Of a DNA stretch of 64,000 nt, positions 61,901-64,000 are shown in pieces (positions within the stretch are counted from its first letter, which is position 1; the number at the start of each line of letters is the position of its first letter). The notes below the pieces were generated by a model. That model ran no database searches. It was not told where the DNA came from and saw nothing but the letters and a program-made list of their open reading frames with translations. The DNA is taken from assembly GCA_010909165.1 (NCBI GenBank), contig VJWM01000011.1:1178001-1242000 (forward strand), read 5' to 3'. Both the position numbers and the translations under genes were made by a program. The stretch is from Anthoceros angustus. Taxonomy: Eukaryota > Plantae > Anthocerotophyta.

Positions 61901-64000
61901 TTCACTTGGATTAGAGGATAAGGTGCTAGGAAGCTTGTGAATTTGTAGATACACCGAATTGGTAGGCGCTTGTGGTAGGTTAGCCATCTTTAAACACCGG
62001 AGGTAGGTTAGCCATCTTTAGACACTGGGAAAGTGAGCTATGGCGGCGGATGTATAAGAGACCCTTGAGTGTCTCTCTTATACAATGTGTGAGCTCCGTG
62101 TGTCGAATTTGTGCGTGGTTGGTTGGAGACATCCGATCGATGATGGGCTGATTCTGTCTGTCCTCTCGTCACAAGAGGGCCGGGAGATCCTGGATGGTCG
62201 AGCCGAGTGACCAAGCTCCGTCTGGGGTGACTAGTGGTGAAGGGTGCTCAATGCATGCCAGAGAGGGAAATTCTGGGGACCGGGTGAGATCGCGGTGTGC
62301 GAATCACCTGTGGAGCCGACCACTGTTTTTTTTCCTTTCCCAACCCACTGCCTAACCATTGTGTCTAATCCCAAGGAGGGGTCGGGTGGCCCAGGGGGTC
62401 TGTGGCCCAAGGAGGGTCTGTGGCCCAAGAGAGGTCTGTGGCCCAAGGAGGGTCTGTGTGGCCCAAGGAGGGTCTGTGGCCCAAGGAGGGTCTGTGGCCC
62501 AAGAGAGGTCTGGTGGCCCCGAGAGAGGAGGATCTGTGGGAACATCTTGTGCGCGGTGGTGTATGAGGTCCGAAGAAAGGGGTGAGTGAGTCGTGTGAAG
62601 AGGAGTCTAGGAAGTGAGCGCGAGAGTCCGGAAAATGCGGAACGAGGAAGGTTGGGAATAAATTGTGGGGTCGAGGAAATTAGCGACGGAGTGAGGTGCC
62701 GGACGTGGGGCCATGGTGCATCCACCGGAGCTCGGGTGAATCCACATGAGTGTGACTTGGTGTACATGTGAACTGTGCATAGGACCATAGCCCTGAGCGT
62801 GGGGAACCGGGCGCCAAATAGTCGATCGCGATGCAGCGTGCGCGCCGGTCGGTGGGTCCCACCAGTGGGTTGATCACCACACGGTGGCGAATCCACCACG
62901 GCGGTGGCGGAATCCACCAGTGGCGAAACCACGGCGGTGGCGAATCCACCACGGTGGTCGAACTACTACTACCGTGGGGCTCACACGTAGTTGATTATGG
63001 TGGTAGGAACCGATTGTAGGAGGACTAGAATCCATAGTTTAGAACATCTTGACACAAAACCATTCCCTTGGGATCGAATCCTAGGACTATAACGACATAG
63101 AGGGTAAATGTGGCCTCTTTGCGTCTTCGGATGCAAAAACCCATTCCACAAGAGAAAAGGACCTACGGTCTTAGGTTGCTAGTAAGCAGCGTAGGTGGGC
63201 TGAGGATTGGGAAAAGGAAGAAGGGAGTACCCCTCTCTCATCTCCTCTCTTGCAACCAAGTTGGAAGGAGCCGTGGGAAAGACACGTACTCCTAAGAAAG
63301 GGAAGAGAAGAAGAAGGGAGACCATGCCGGAGAATCTGCCAAAAATTAACATGCCTATGTTGAAGTGTTTTGTGGGCCAGGTGTGCTCATAGGATCTGAT
63401 TGATTTTTGGCCATGGGGGGGTGAGGAGAACATACAACTCCAGTGGGCATATGGCCACCATTAGGCCTACAGTAATCTTGAGCTCGTAAAGGAGTGCTAT
63501 GCTAGCCTCCAACAGACTCCAAGGCAATTGGCAGCCCTTCTAGACCGGAATGCGAGGACGGACCCGAGGTGTTGGACAGTTCAGAGTATAAGGCAGGTCT
63601 ATGGGAGACCTACGGAAGAGGGGGACGGAATTTTGATAATGAAAAAGGCTAAGGATGGGAAGAAGATGGCTGCCATTTCACTTCCAGAAGGGCCACTGGC
63701 CATGTTACAAGGAGGAGAGAGTGCGAGAATGAAGAATGTCTGGCCCACCATGGCCATTAAGGAATTCAAGTGGCGAACCTTTGCCAAAGTGGTCATGGGT
63801 CTTCTTAATCATTAGCGGAAGACCTACTTCAGCGATACCTTGTTGTTTTTTGTGTGGAGAGTGTCACAGGGTGCGAAACCATATGGGGGAATATTATGTA
63901 TGATGCTTACGTCTATCACAGGGAGAAGATTTTGAAGCCCATCAGCCATTATGCGGAGTCTCCCAGGCTATGTTACTTGTGGGAAGTGGAGGGGTTGTTG
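56000..64000 (+). mobile_element. Gypsy/Athila-like host element (56000-57218 and 63156 to the window end), split by a nested insertion
   Basis: Purine-rich retroelement-like sequence on both sides of the TSD; a degenerate ORF with NLELVKECYASL resembles the LVxEFYAN motif of Athila-type extra ORFs. Boundaries approximate. Confidence 0.5.
57224..63150 (+). mobile_element. Complete gag-only LTR retrotransposon: LTRs 57224-59398 and 61028-63150, TSD AGAGA
   Basis: Both LTRs run TGTGGAAGACC...CCATTCCACA. AGAGA flanks both ends. PBS TGGCGCCGTTGCGGGGA at 59402-59418 (tRNA-Asp-like). PPT GAGAAGGGAG before the 3' LTR. gag motif TFEELKNAFRERF; no pol. Confidence 0.93.

Noticed and set aside
1-64000. 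tRNA/rRNA genes or bacterial operons
   Set aside because: No cloverleaf or rRNA-like sequence was seen; the only tRNA-related sequences are the two PBSs. The bacterial-like genes contain spliceosomal introns, which argues against contamination.

Overview
This is eukaryotic land-plant nuclear DNA, not bacterial. Short introns (about 50-200 bp), short intergenic spacers and the gene set suggest a compact seed-free plant genome such as the lycophyte Selaginella (inference). Many ORFs in the supplied track use bacterial start codons and are spurious. Layout: (1) 0-6 kb: an OB-fold ORF and a decayed MULE/SWIM transposase. (2) 7-17 kb: dense genes (H2A.X, a UCP012943-like protein, DUF3598, plastid CPN10, PhoD phosphatase, an NMT1/THI5-family protein). 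(3) 17-28.5 kb: a birth-and-death cluster of BTB/POZ genes invaded by Copia fragments. (4) 28.7-45.6 kb: two tandem 2OG-Fe(II) dioxygenases, an ARM protein, DUF538, a DOG1-like gene, an exostosin and a GPAT. (5) 46-64 kb: repeat-rich, with an intronless frameshifted TFIIB paralog carrying an Ala-Gln repeat, a 3.2-kb TIR element carrying a degenerate beta-class N4C/N6A DNA methyltransferase, a 45-bp array, and a complete gag-only LTR element (TSD AGAGA) nested in an Athila-like element. Best leads: the methyltransferase-carrying TIR transposon, the spliced bacterial-type NMT1 protein lacking THI5 catalytic residues, and the TFIIB retrocopy. All family assignments come from motif recognition by eye; no database searches were run.
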